The notes under the pieces: model-generated
What the model was told of the DNA's origin: nothing
The model's database searches: none
Seen by the model: only the letters and a program-made list of their open reading frames with translations
Position numbers and translations under genes: made by a program
Part shown: positions 1 to 14,000 of the stretch, piece after piece
How positions within the stretch are numbered: the first letter of the stretch is position 1
How the letters are laid out: each line of letters opens with the position of its first letter
NCBI GenBank assembly: GCA_040285825.1
Contig: JAUPSS010000002.1
Coordinates: 3,844,001-3,908,000 of the forward strand
DNA length: 64,000 nt
Origin: Eukaryota sp. TZLM1-RC
Lineage: Eukaryota; Protista; Metamonada: BaSk clade
Reading direction: 5' to 3'

Positions 1-2850
1 TCTCAATTAGAGCAAATTAATTCTGAATTAAATACCAAATTAGAGGAAGAAAGCTCTGAACTTGCCAATTTGCAGTCTAATTACTCTCAATTAGAGCAAA
101 TTAATTCTGAATTAAATACCAAATTAGAGGAAGAAAATTCAAGTTTGGCATCCACATTTAAAGAATTGACTGAACTCAAAGAAAATTATTCTCAATTAGA
201 GCAAATTAATTCTGAATTAAATACCAAATTAGAGGAAGAAAGCTCTGAACTTGCTAAATTACAGTGTAATTACTCTCAATTAGAGCAAACTAATTCTGAA
301 TTAAATACCAAATTAGAGGAAGAAAGCTCTGAACTTGCTAAATTACAGTGTAATTACTCTCAATTAGAGCAAACTAATTCTGAATTAAATACCAAATTAG
401 AGGAAGAAAGCTCTGAACTTGCTAAATTACAGTCTAATTACTCTCAATTAGAGCAAATTAATTCTGAATTAAATACCAAATTAGAGGAAGAAAGCTCTGA
501 ACTTGCCAATTTACAGTCTAATTACTCTCAATTAGAGCAAATTAATTCTGAATTAAATACCAAATTAGAGGAAGAAAGCTCTGAACTTGCTAAATTACAG
601 TCTAATTACTCTCAATTAGAGCAAATTAATTCTGAATTAAATACCAAATTAGAGGAAGAAAATTCAAGTTTGGCATCCACATTTAAAGAATTGACTGAAC
701 TCAAAGAAAATTACTCTCAATTAGAGCAAATTAATTCTGAATTAAATACCAAATTAGAGGAAGAAAATTCAAGTTTGGCATCCACATTTAAAGAATTGAC
801 TGAACTCAAAGAAAATTACTCTCAATTAGAGCAAATTAATTCTGAATTAAATACCAAATTAGAGGAAGAAAAATTCAAGTTTGGCATCCACATTTAAAGA
901 ATTGACTGAACTTAAAGAAAATTATTCTCAATTAGAGCAAATTAATTCTGAATTAAATACCAAATTAGAGGAAGAAAATTCAAGTTTGGCATCCACATTT
1001 AAAGAATTGACTGAACTCAAAGAAAATTATTCTCAATTAGAGCAAATTAATTCTGAATTAAATACCAAATTAGAGGAAGAAAGCTTGGAACTTGCCAATT
1101 TACATTCTAATTACTCTCAATTAGAGCAAATTAATTCTGAATTAAATACCAAATTAGAGGAAGAAAGCTCTGAACTTGCCAATTTGCAGTCTAATTACTC
1201 TCAATTAGAGCAAATTAATTCTGAATTAAATACCAAATTAGAGGAAGAAAGCTCTGAACTTGCCAATTTGCAGTCTAATTACTCTCAATTAGAGCAAATT
1301 AATTCTGAATTAAATACCAAATTAGAGGAAGAAAATTCAAGTTTGGCATCCACATTTAAAGAATTGACTGAACTCAAAGAAAATTATTCTCAATTAGAGC
1401 AAATTCATTCTGAATTAAATACCAAATTAGAGGAAGAAAATTCAAGTTTGGCATCCACATTTAAAGAATTGACTGAATTCAAAGAAAATTACTCTCAATT
1501 AGAGCAAATTAATTCTGAATTAAATACCAAATTAGAGGAAGAAAGCTCTGAATTTGCTAAATTACAGTGCAATTACTCTCAATTAGAGCAAACTAATTCT
1601 GAATTAAATACCAAATTAGAGGAAGAAAGCTCTGAACTTGCTAAATTACAGTGCAATTACTCTCAATTAGAGCAAACTAATTCTGAATTAAATACCAAAT
1701 TAGAGGAAGAAAGCTCTGAACTTGCTAAATTACAGTCTAATTACTCTCAATTAGAGCAAATTAATTCTGAATTAAATACCAAATTAGAGGAAGAAAATTC
1801 AAGTTTGGCATCCACATTTAAAGAATTGACTGAACTCAAAGAAAATTACTCTCAATTAGAGCAAATTAATTCTGAATTAAATACCAAATTAGAGGAAGAA
1901 AATTCAAGTTTGGCATCCACATTTAAAGAATTGACTGAATTCAAAGAAAATTACTCTCAATTAGAGCAAATTAATTCTGAATTAAATACCAAATTAGAGG
2001 AAGAATGCTCTGAACTTGCCAATTTACATTCTAATTACTCTCAATTAGAGCAAATTAATTCTGAATTAAATACCAAATTAGAGGAAGAAAGCTCTGAACT
2101 TGCCAATTTACATTCTAATTACTCTCAATTAGAGCAAATTAATTCTGAATTAAATACCAAATTAGAGGAAGAAAGCTCTGAACTTGCCAATTTGCAGTCT
2201 AATTACTCTCAATTAGAGGAAATTAATTCTGAATTAAATACCAAATTAGAGGAAGAATGCTCTGAACTTGCCAATTTACATTCTAATTACTCTCAATTAG
2301 AGCAAATTAATTCTGAATTAAATACCAAATTAGAGGAAGAAAGCTCTGAACTTGCGAATTTGCAGTCTAATTACTCTCAATTAGAGCGAATTAATTCTGA
2401 ATTAAATACCAAATTAGAGGAAGAAAGCTCTGAACTTGCCAATTTGCAGTCTAATTACTCTCAATTAGAGCAAATTAATTCTGAATTAAATACCAAATTA
2501 GAGGAAGAAAGCTCTGAACTTGCCAATTTACAGTCTAATTACTCTCAATTAGAGCAAATTAATTCTGAATTAAATACCAAATTAGAGGAAGAAAATTTAA
2601 GTTTGGCATCCACTTTCAAAGAATTGACTGAACTCAAAGAAAATTACTCTCAATTAGAGCAAATTAATTCTGAATTAAATACCAAATTAGAGGAAGAATG
2701 CTCTGAACTTGCCAATTTACAGTCTAATTACTCTCAATTAGAGCAAATTAATTCTGAATTAAATACCAAATTAGAGGAAGAAAGCTCTGAACTTGCCAAT
2801 TTACAGTCTAATTACTCTCAATTAGAGAAAAATAATTCTGAATTAAATAC
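1..2850 (+). repeat. Coding tandem array of interspersed 84-bp and 105-bp units
   Basis: Near-identical units built on tctcaattagagcaaattaattctgaattaaataccaaattagaggaagaa with either a short (SSELANLQS) or long (NSSLASTFKELTELKE) linker. Confidence 0.95.
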
Positions 2851-4303
2851 AGAACTTGGTCAAGTTAAGTCAAGGCTAACGTCAACTCTTAATGAATCAA
2901 ATGATTGGTATGAACGGTATTTGATTGAAAAAGTTGAACGCCAAAAAATTCAAGAAGAATTAACTACCCTCAATTTTAACTATGAATCGAAGATTAATCA
3001 TTTGGAGTCTTCGAAAAACAAAGAAGTCAACAAACTTCTCTCTGATATTGACCGTTTGACTGTCAACAATAGAGAAATGGTAACCGAAAATGAATATTTA
3101 TTGGATTTAAACAATAGGCTTGGTGAACAAATCACCATGATTGAAAGAGACTACTCTTCATTAAAGGATGAGTATAACAGGGTTGTCACTCAGTTATCAA
3201 AATGCCAATCAGAATTGATTGATCTTGATAATCAACTTAATGAAACGATACCGGCTTTGGAAAAACTTCAAAAAATTGAAATTTTGGTCTCGTCATCTTG
3301 CTCCATTCTTGATTGTTCCACAGACAACTTGGTTAATACCATCGAATCAGTTTCCCAAGAGCGAAATGAACTTAAATCAGCTTGTTTAACATGTTGGCAA
3401 ATAATTACTGGACATTCTGCTAGCAGTGTTTCTACTATTTCATTGCCCGAATTAACAAAAAAACTTGTCAGTGATTTGAATGAATTACACCAAAAAATGA
3501 GACAAAGTTGTCAGCAGACGAGTAGGGGACCAGTTGGGATCACTGAAAGTTTCGCCAGGGAAATTTTCCAACAATCTCTGCTACTTCATTGTCATTTAGG
3601 AACTTCTGATTTCCAAAATATTTTACAGTCACTGGCGTCAGTATTAGATGTGGAACTTTTCTCTACCGGTGTTTCAACCCATTCAAATGATCCTACCAAT
3701 ATTGTTTTAGATTCAGTTAAGATTTTACTACAAGTAATTGCAGTTTTGGAGTCATCAAAGCCTACCAATTCAGAGTTTTTCCTGCCAGCACCAGTTGCGC
3801 CACCTATTCCTCCTATAAGGCCAGTAGTTGAGTCATTGAGGTCTCTTAGTTTGAATTACACAATGAGTGACGCTGATTTGTCTTTAATTCGTGATGCTGT
3901 TGATCTAATTGAAAACCTCTGGCGTTCAAAGTCATCTAAAACAAGTAATTCGCAAACACCGCGGACTAGTGACGATTCACATACTGTTGAAGAACAATTT
4001 GAGCTCAAGATAGTTGAAATGGCAGAAGATATGAGCAGAACTTTGGCCACAATTCAAGAAAGAAATAACAAAGATCGAGCTCAATTTATGACCAAAATTT
4101 CTGATCTGACAGATCAAATCAGTAATTTAATTGACGAATACCAGAAAATTATGACTGACAAGGTTGCTTTGGAAGCCACTATTGAAAGTCTCAGGGAGGA
4201 GAATTTAGATCTTCGAGAATGTTATTCAGGTGCTGTTAATGAATTGAATAGGTGTAAAGTTTATATAGAACGATTCTCCAAACCTGGCCCACAAGTTTTT
4301 TGA
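1..4303 (+). CDS. Long coiled-coil repeat protein (5' end outside window); one gene split by a single-A frameshift at 869-873
   Basis: ORFs 70..897 and 881..4303 share the same 28-aa and 35-aa repeats (NYSQLEQINSELNTKLEEE...). The repeat normally reads gaggaagaaaattc (A4) but has A5 at 869-873. The non-repetitive C-terminus is also largely coiled-coil-like. Confidence 0.85.
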
Positions 4304-4989
4304 GAGTGTTTATTCTTTTATTATTAATAATTAATAATTATTAATCAGTGTTTATTTATTTTTTTGTGTATTATAACCTGTAATTTTACTTTATTTCATT
4401 AATGTTTAAAACATAATAAATGTGTTTTTGTTGTATAGTACGTTTTCAACGGAGCAACTTTATGAAGTTATTACCATTTAATTGTAAAGTACCAGTTACC
4501 AGTGTAAATATTATCAAATACAAAACATAATTTTAAATTGACATCATCAACTTTTTGATACAATTTGGTTCAATAGAACACTGGTTTGAAATTATTTATT
4601 CAAAATTCGAAGAGATGTTTTGTTTTCAAAAAATGTTAAGACTATGTATCACACAAATCCACTAGAGTGTTCAACACTTGCTGAATTACTTCAAAACATT
4701 AAACAGTGAAATAGTTTTCTTTGTAAAATAAAAAGTGTGTTGAAATTTCTATTGGTCTGTTTCTCAACAATTATTTCTGAATCTGCCAAAAAACGTAAAG
4801 CAATGGATAAAAGTAAACAAAATAGAGAAACTACAAATGGATGCAAAGCATTTCGCATGCTGTTGGTTAGAGAATTTGGACAATGGCCCACTAAATTTTT
4901 TGATTTTGAAAGTTTCAGCATTTGAAAGAATAAATATAAACTTCAGAATAAGATAAACTGTTTTTTATCAAAAGATGACGATAAGTTTT

Positions 4990-7920
4990 AATAAGTATAA
5001 ATTTTATTGAACTTCCAGACTAAACAAAATAAACTCATAACTAATGGGACTGAATTCATTGACCCAAAATTGTGATATGCTTGTTTTCTCACCATTGCTT
5101 CTCTAATTCGATAATAGAACTGAGGTAGTCTATTAGTTATAGCAAATGAAATCAGCGACCGCCACAAAAAGATATCATATCTCTTCATGTTTTTTCTGAA
5201 CCGTTTTTTTAAATATCATTCAAAAAAGTTCCAGCTTCTGCTGATAATCTTCCATTTATCGAAAATGGGAAAGTAATAAAAACTAGTTGTGTATTTCTAC
5301 CAGCATTAGCTTCTTCGATATCTTTGTCGTATTTTCTATGTTTTTTAGCTTTACATTCAAGAGCACCTACAGGATTAAGTTTTCTTCTGTGAACCAAAGT
5401 ATCATTTGCAACATTACATGAGACAAAGTCGACAATAGCTTCAAAATTATCAATCCAATCACAGTATACATCACCTCTGTCATCAGAACCAAAATTTTTC
5501 AGAGAAAGTGTTTCCTTCAGCAGGGGCTCTTTGATACACGATATCCTTGCAGTTTGTGCCATATTGAAAACAGTGTCTCTAACAGCATCATGTAATGAAG
5601 AACGATTTCCTCTACAAAATCTTGATTTGCTTGCTGTCTAGCTAAAGCTTCTCTGATTCGATTGAAAAACCGCGGTAATCTATTAATAATGGCAAATTGA
5701 ATCCGTGAACGCCATAAAAAAATATCAAATCTTTTCATTGTTTTTTCTTTCACCATTTTTTGGAAGTCATCCAAGAAAGTTTCTGCTTCAACTGATAATC
5801 TTCCATTTATCGAAAATGGGAAAGCAATAAAAACCAGCTGTGTATTTCTATCGACATTTGCATCTTCAATTTCTTTATCATATTTTCTATGTTTTTCTTT
5901 TGCTTTAAAATCCAGAGCAGCCACAGGATTAAGTTTTCTTCTGTGAACCAAAGTATCGTTTGCAACATTACATGAGACAAAGTCAACAATAGCTTCAGAA
6001 TTATCAATCCAATCACAGTATACATCACCTCTATCATCAGAACCAAAATTATTCAGAGAAAGTGTTTCTTTCAGCAGGGGCTCTTTGATACACGATATCC
6101 TTGTAGTTTGTGCCATATTGAAAACAGTGTCTCTAGCAGCATCATGTAATGAAGAACGATAAGTTATCAATTTAGAGCAATTCAGAGCATGGTGCAAAGT
6201 GAGTTGAGGTGAATTCGAACAAATACGTTTTTCTTTTGATAATAATTGATTAATGGGGATGTTCAAATATAATCTCATTTTTGTTACAAATGCTTCATTA
6301 GTGGAACACAATCCAAATCTTCGTGGTACAATGGTTACAAAAAGTGAAGAGTCTGACGACTTGTTTTCACAACCACCCTTTTCCAATATCAATGAGTGAA
6401 GATCCTGATTTAAAACAGCCGAGCTGCATATATTATCATAAAGATCATTTTCATACATTCCAGTCAATCGTTTCTGTAATGTTCGAAGAGTGTACTTCAA
6501 ATTTAAAACATTTTTTTCTGGAAGATTGCCATTGAATGATTGGGGAAAACATCGACCCCATTTGTCTACATCAATTTTTGAAATTTCTTCATTTAATGCA
6601 AAAACAGTGGAACTTTGCGTTGTCATCAATAAATCTTCCCAATCTGCAAATCATTCGGAAAACTCAAAGATTGCATTTCTGCATCCACCAACAAAAGCAC
6701 ACGAAATAAGAAAAGAAGCCTTCGTCCACCCTAAACCGCCATAATGTGGACTAAGGTAAGCATGATCTGGAATTTGGAACATTTTACATCCCAGTAATTG
6801 TGACAAAACTTTTGCACGTAACTCATTAACTTCTGAGCCAAAGGCCTAGTAATAAAAAAATTTGTAGATCGAAATATATGATTGAAGTTGGAACTAAAAC
6901 ACAGTCTTATTATAGTAAATTTGATTTGTTTCTGTATATCTAAGGTCATTATTCGGTCAATTTGATCAGAAATTGAGTTCAACTTATCAAACAATTCTTT
7001 GGTAATTTCATCATTATTTCCTAAAGACGAACCCAAATGACGAATAGCATCACTTGAATACAATTTGGCTTGAATTTTAATACCATCAACTATTGTAGCA
7101 ACTGGGAAATTCGAAAGTAAAACACATTTCAGTAAATTAAGTTGGAGGCCAATTTTGCTAAATAGTTCTTTAAAACATACAGTTGCATTTTTCACAATCT
7201 TTAACTTACCAATAAGCACAACATCATCCATATATGCAATCATTGATGGCGAAGGAAAAATCTCTTGAATTTGCAATAAAATAGGATGAATGGCCAAACA
7301 GACCAAAAGAGGTCCTAAGGGATCTTTTTGCTTTAAAAAACTTGATGATTTCGAAATAGAATTACCAAAATGCAAATTAGAATTTGTGCAATATGTGGAT
7401 TGGAAATAAGGCATTAATTCCGGGAAATATTGTAACAAAGCACCATGAATACTGCAACGACTGATTGAATTGGAATACAAAACATAATTAAGTGATATTG
7501 ATTTGATATTGAAAGGGCAACAAGATTTTTTTGCATTTTCATTCAATCTATTTACGCAGCAAGCAGAAAGAGTATTGTGTAAACTTTAAGCGACCAATTG
7601 GACGAACATCCATTTTTGAGTTTTTTACAAGTGTAGTCAAACGTGAACATCTTAATTCTTCAGGGTGTTTGACCGGATAAAACTCTATTAAAAATTTGGT
7701 TAAAGAAATAACGGCAGTTTTGATATGATCAATAGAAAGCCAAAAAAAGATAAAAGGATGCATATAGTTTTATAAAGATCATCATTTTGTAAAGGAAACA
7801 AATGAATTTATTTTTAGTTCCGGACATTTGAACAATGGCTGAGTTTACAGCATAAATTATTAAGAGATGGCTGGGAAAAGAAATGGGAAATGATGCTGAT
7901 AGTGTCAAACGGGCTAACAA
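4990..7920 (-). mobile_element. Degenerate non-LTR retrotransposon with RT and restriction-like endonuclease (RLE; CRE/SLACS/R2-like), 3' part tandemly duplicated
   Basis: Frameshifted RT motifs (DVRPI, QKDPLGPLLVCLAI, AYMDD, GLQLNLLKC, RHLG), degenerate zinc knuckle (HHALNC), RLE motifs HDAARD, RGD, IVDF, KHRKY, PFSINGRL. About 5000-5606 repeats the RLE/3' segment of about 5620-6160. Confidence 0.85.
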
Positions 7921-8027
7921 AAATTTGGATTAAGCAAAAAAACAAAATCATGTTTATTTTTCCTCAAAAAAAAACAAACTATATACAAAACACAGTGGTA
8001 AACGATAAGGAACAAATACAGAAAAAG

Positions 8028-11000
8028 TCAACAATTTAAACGACCAACAGAGAGTGTTGATTTTAACATGGGATTATTGAGTGGATTAGTGACATAAACA
8101 AACTTTCCTTGTTGTAAACTAGTCACTGGAGCGGTAGTAAAGCCTCGAATAGAAGCTCCGATTAATACAAGGGTCCATAATAGAGGCAGTAATCCAATGC
8201 TGAAAGACCCAAAAGTATCAGTTTCCCATACAAAATGTCTAGAAAATCTTGACAACTCAATACTAAACGAAAAGAAAATAACAATTAACAAGACCCCAAA
8301 ACTAACAACAGAAGCGTAGTTGAGCTTATTATCTTTATAGGGGGCACACTTGCAAATAAGAGCAATGGAACCCAAGGTTACGATAATAGAGGCAGCTAGA
8401 CGGACCATTCCACTGGGAAACAACCACAAAATACCGGTAATGGCTGAAGTAGATAAAAGGAACATCTTCTCATATGACATTTTTCTATATCCAAACAGGC
8501 CAGACACATCAAGAGTGTTTTTAAAGGTGGCTTCTTGATCACATCTTGTTGTATTGAATTTAACTAATAACCAAGAAAAGACAATAAAAGCCAAAGCAAC
8601 AATTCCAACCAACATATACCAATCAAGAGTATAACATTTCAATATATTTTCACTAGCATCAGCCTCAACAATGAACTGTCCATCTACGGAGAGACAGCTG
8701 AATAGACCAAAAGCAAGATGAATCAGTGAAGGTAAGAATAAAAGCAAAAACACATACAATACTTCTGCGGTGTACTGTCTGCTACTATATCCAGTATCAG
8801 GATCTTTGGGTTTGACAATCTTGACAAACAAGACTGTAGCAAGTAATACTCCAATAGAGCCAATTAGGGTGGTGGAATAAGATCGGGGTAGTAAATCCAA
8901 ACACATGAGAGGGACAGTTTTCCAAATATCTAAAAAGATGGACTTCAGAACACCATAAATGGGTAGCAAGTATGAATGAATCGTAATGTTTGACATGATG
9001 ATGGTACTGAGAATCATTTGTAAAAATCTGAAAACATTTAAAAACATTCCAATTCTTGCTCCTTGGGTAACAATTGCGTAAACAAAAATGAAATAAGCAA
9101 CGGTGGAAACTCCCAATGTCGTGCTCTCCTGAATGAACCCACCACAGGTTACGCAGCGACCAGCCATCATGTAGCTATGATCTATACATTCGAGACAGAG
9201 TGGACCTGTATGATATTCATCGCAAAGGTCAGAACTTGAGAGATCAGAGGCCTCAGGCATAAAACCATCAACACAAGACCCCAAACAGCCTGCATGTTGA
9301 CATTTATAAAAGTTACTACCACCATTGCTTCCAGTTGAATTCTCAGATCTCAAATCACTGATATCAGACCAATACCCGGGCATTACACAAGTAGCATCTG
9401 AACCAAAACAAGTAAGACCCAAAGGACATGGTAGACAATCTAAATTACCTTCAGAATCAGAACCAGCCAGATAACTAGAGATACACTCACATTCACTCCT
9501 TCCATGATCGTTTACTTGTCTGTAACCACATAGCTTGCACTCTTTGGAGCCAACTTCAGGGGCAATTGAACCAACAGGACAAGCTTGACAAGCAGGAGAG
9601 CGGTCATCAGGACGGAAACTACCAATAGGACAAGGGTAACAATCATAAGAACCTTGGTGTGACCACTGACCGGCAGGACAGTTAATACACGTGGAGTTTC
9701 CGTTAGGGGATGACCGAGTACCTTCTCTGCAAGGAACACATTGAGGACCACTAATACCGTGTCCAAGGGGACAAGAGCCTGTATAAAAGGTAATTTCAGC
9801 TGGTTCAAGACCGGGAAGTCCAACAAATAAAGTATAATTGCCAGGAATACCGCGCATTGTAATAACAGTTCGTAGCATCCAATTCGAAACTTGACGGGTT
9901 GTAGGAGGTCCTTGAAGTAAAACATCCCCACTAATTGGATAAAGATTGAGTTGATCAACGTACTCGGATCGCACCCACGCACGAACATGATAGTAATCAG
10001 TGACGTGAACAGATAAGTCTCTTCTATAAGCAATTGATTCAGGATCAACCCACTCTAATTCAATGTGCCGTGGATCTGTAGCAATATCATTACCCCAATC
10101 GTACGCCTGACAGTCTTGGAAATTATTACTCAAATCTTCTTCTTTTGGATAGGGTCTGTAGTTAAGGTAAATAGCTCCACCAGCTCTAAAGGCATGACTT
10201 CCAACAAAAGAGTTGTCTACAATACGGGCAGTTGAGATCGATCTGCTTGATCGAACGTTGAGAGAACCGCCATCTCGGTTAGCAAATGAACCTGAGAATA
10301 AGTTACTTTGACATGTAAAATTGACAGAATTCAAAACAGAGGCACAACCACCTTCATAGCCTCTATTGTTACGGAAAACATTCATTCTGTGAATTAAACC
10401 AAGGGAAACTTCTTCCAGGATAATTGGACTAAGAGGAGATTCATTTGATTCAAACAAGCTGTTTTCCAAGACAAAAATAGAGTCTTTGTTAGAGTAAAAC
10501 ATCACACCGAAATTGTTATTGACATTAGAATCTTTCATTAATAATTTACTTTGAGAACAATAAACAATGGGTAGGATATCTGTGGACTCAACCCTTGAAT
10601 TACTAACTGAAACTTGGTCGAAAATGAGATTACTGCCAAAAAATTCAAATGAGGAATGATGGTGTGTAAGGGTAATTTTGTCAAAGGAGCACAAAGTGAA
10701 AATTAAATCAGATTTGAAAGAACTGAATAAGGGACTGTCATAATTAGATGTAGACATTTTCGTCAACTTGTAAGTAGAAGACACAGACTTAACCATTGCT
10801 TCAATAAAAACGACATTTTCATTGATACTGAAATCAGAAATCTGCAAATCCGAGTGATAAGATTCAACATAATGTCCCGCAATATAATTATATTCCACGT
10901 TTTTCAAGTTTAATGAAGCTTTGGATGAAACAAAGTAATGTGTTGTGTGAGAAAACTCTGAATCATTGATAAACAAATCATTAATTAGAACTTCCGATCC

Positions 11001-14000
11001 CAAAGTATTTAAAAGTCTTGGAGATTTTGAATTAATAATAAAGGTATCATCCAAAGAAATCTTTGAAGAATCAACAAAAATGAAGTAGTCACTTTGTTTT
11101 GAATCTCGTAAAGTAAAATTAAATGAAGTGAAATCACTATCAGATCTCAAGCTTGCTAAAATACCACGGGAATTATTGCAAACTAAAACGTGGGAGAAAT
11201 CAAGTGTACTGTGAATCAGGTCTAAATGAACATCAGTAGAGGAGTTGGTAAATATGACATTATTAAATTTGAAGTTGGAATTAGAAGAAACAACCGCCTT
11301 TGCTCCACTATTGGTAATCGTAGAGTGAGTAACTTCGTAATTAGAATTAGTACTAAAAATCAAGGGATATTGATGTCTCCATTCAACAACTTTAACAACT
11401 GAGCTATAATTGAATATGCTAGAGGTGACGATTTTATCCAAATAAATATTTGAGTTAGTGGAAATAATTAAAGAATTGAGATAAGATCGTTGAGGAGCAA
11501 TCACCGTATTGTTAACTGTCACGGCAGAATCTAGTGACGTGATTAAATGTTTTGATTGGTAATCATAATCAACGGCATAATGATCAATAATCACAGTAGA
11601 ATCGACAAAATCAAACGTTGCACCACTGAATTGACTTGAATAAACAGTGATATGATTAACAAAAGTGGAAGAATTAGTTGAGTAAAGTAAATAAATAGCT
11701 TGGACATTGTTGTAATGAATTCTTGTTAGAGTTGCTGTGGAGTTATTTGAGACGGATATAATAAACTCATTGATGGCATCAATGGATACAAATTCCAAAT
11801 TGGTTCCAGTAACTTTAGTATTATCTTTAATATTGAAAACTTTACCTTCAAGACCTTGGAAATTGGCACTATTCATAGTCAAATTAGAATTTGTTAATTC
11901 AAAGTGACCATCAGTAGCAGTTGAATCACGAACTAGAACATTTTCTAAATCAATAGTAGAATCAGTAGCAACAATTGATTGAGATTGACAACCAACAACA
12001 ACTACATCATCAAAATCAACATTAGATTTAACAAGGGTAATAAGAGGTTCATCATTAGCACATCCACTGATGACATTACCATCAGAATCAACTGGACCTA
12101 AAGTTTTGACATTGGTGAAATCCAAGGTTGAATCATCAGCATTGATAAATGAACCAGTATTAGATTCATGGTGAACAATATCAAAGTCAGTAATGGTAAT
12201 TGTGGAAGTTTTAGAATCAATAATGTTGCTGAATTTGGTATCAGAAAGGTCAACAGTTGTCAAGGTAAGCTCAGAATCATCAATCAAAATGATTGAATCA
12301 GTAGTTGAATCTGAGTCGGAAATACCAACATTGGTTCCACTAACATTAGTATTATCTTTAATATTTAAAACTTTACCTTCCAGACCTTGGAAATTGGCAT
12401 TATTCATAGTCAAAGAAGTTTTGGTTAATTCAAAGTGACCATCAGTAGCAGTTGAATCACGAACAAGAACAGTATTTAAATCAATAGTAGAATCCGTAGC
12501 AACAATTGATTGAGATTGACAACCAGCAAAAACTACATCATCAAAATCAACATTAGATTTAACAAGGGTAATAAGAGGTTCATCATTAGGACATCCACTA
12601 ATAACTTTACCATCAGAATCAACTGGACCTAAAGTTTTGACATTGGTGAAATCCAAGGTTGAATCATCAGCATTGATAAATGAACCAGTATTAGATTCAT
12701 GGTGAACAATATCAAAATCAGTAATGGTAATTGTGGAAGTTTTGGAATCAATAATGTTGCTGAATTTGGTATCAGAAAGGTCAACAGTTGTCAAGGTAAG
12801 CTCAGAATCATCAATCAAAATGATTGAATCAGTAGTTGAATCTGAGTCGGAAATATCAACATTGGTTCCAGTAACTTTAGTATTATCTTTAATATTGAAA
12901 ATTTTGCCTTCAAGACCTTCGAAATTGGCATTATTCATAGTCAAATTAGTATTTGTTAATTCAAAGTGACCATCATGAGCAGTTGAATCACGAACAAGAA
13001 CAGTTTCTAAATCAATAGTAGAATCAGTAGCAACAATAGATTGAGATTGACAACCAACAAGAACTACATCATCAAAATCAACATTAGATTTAACAAGGGT
13101 AATAAGAGGTTCATCATTAGCACATCCACTAATAACTTTACCATCAGAATCAACTGGACCTAAAGTTTTGACATTGGTGAAATCCAAGGTTGAGTCATCA
13201 GCATTGATAAATGAACCAGTATTAGATTCATGGTGAACAATATCAAAATCAGTAATGGTAATTGTGGAAGTTTTGGAATCAATAATGTTGCTGAATTTGG
13301 TATCGGAAAGGTCAACAGTTGTCAAGGTAAGCTCAGAATCATCAATCAAAATGATTGAATCAGTAGTTGAATCTGAGTCGGAAATACCAACATTGGTTCC
13401 ACTAACTTTAGTATTATCTTTAATATTGAAAACTTTACCTTCCAGACCTTCGAAATTGGCATTATTCATAGTCAAATTAGTATTTGTTAATTCAAAGTGA
13501 CCATCAGTAGCAGTTGAATCACGAACAAGAACAGTATTTAAATCAATAGTAGAATCAGTAGCAACAATTGATTGAGATTGACAACCAACAACAACTACAT
13601 CATCAAAATCAACATTAGATTTAACAAGGGTAATAAGAGGTTCATCATTAGCACATCCACTAATAACTTTACCATCAGAATCAACTGGACCTAAAGTTTT
13701 GACATTGGTGAAATCCAAGGTTGAATCATCAGCATTGATAAATGAACCAGTATTAGATTCATGGTGAACAATATCAAAATCAGTAATGGTAATTGTGGAA
13801 GTTTTGGAATCAATAATGTTGCTGAATTTGGTATCAGAAAGGTCAACAGTTGTCAAGGTAAGGTCAGAATCATCAATCAAAATGATTGAATCAGTAGTTG
13901 AATCTGAGTCGGAAATATCAACATTGGTTCCAGTAACTTTAGTATTATCTTTAATATTGAAAATTTTGCCTTCAAGACCTTCGAAATTGGCATTATTCAT

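Noticed and set aside
1-2850. Repeat array as a CRISPR-like or non-coding satellite
   Set aside because: There are no unique spacers; units are multiples of 3 nt and encode a continuous coiled-coil frame.
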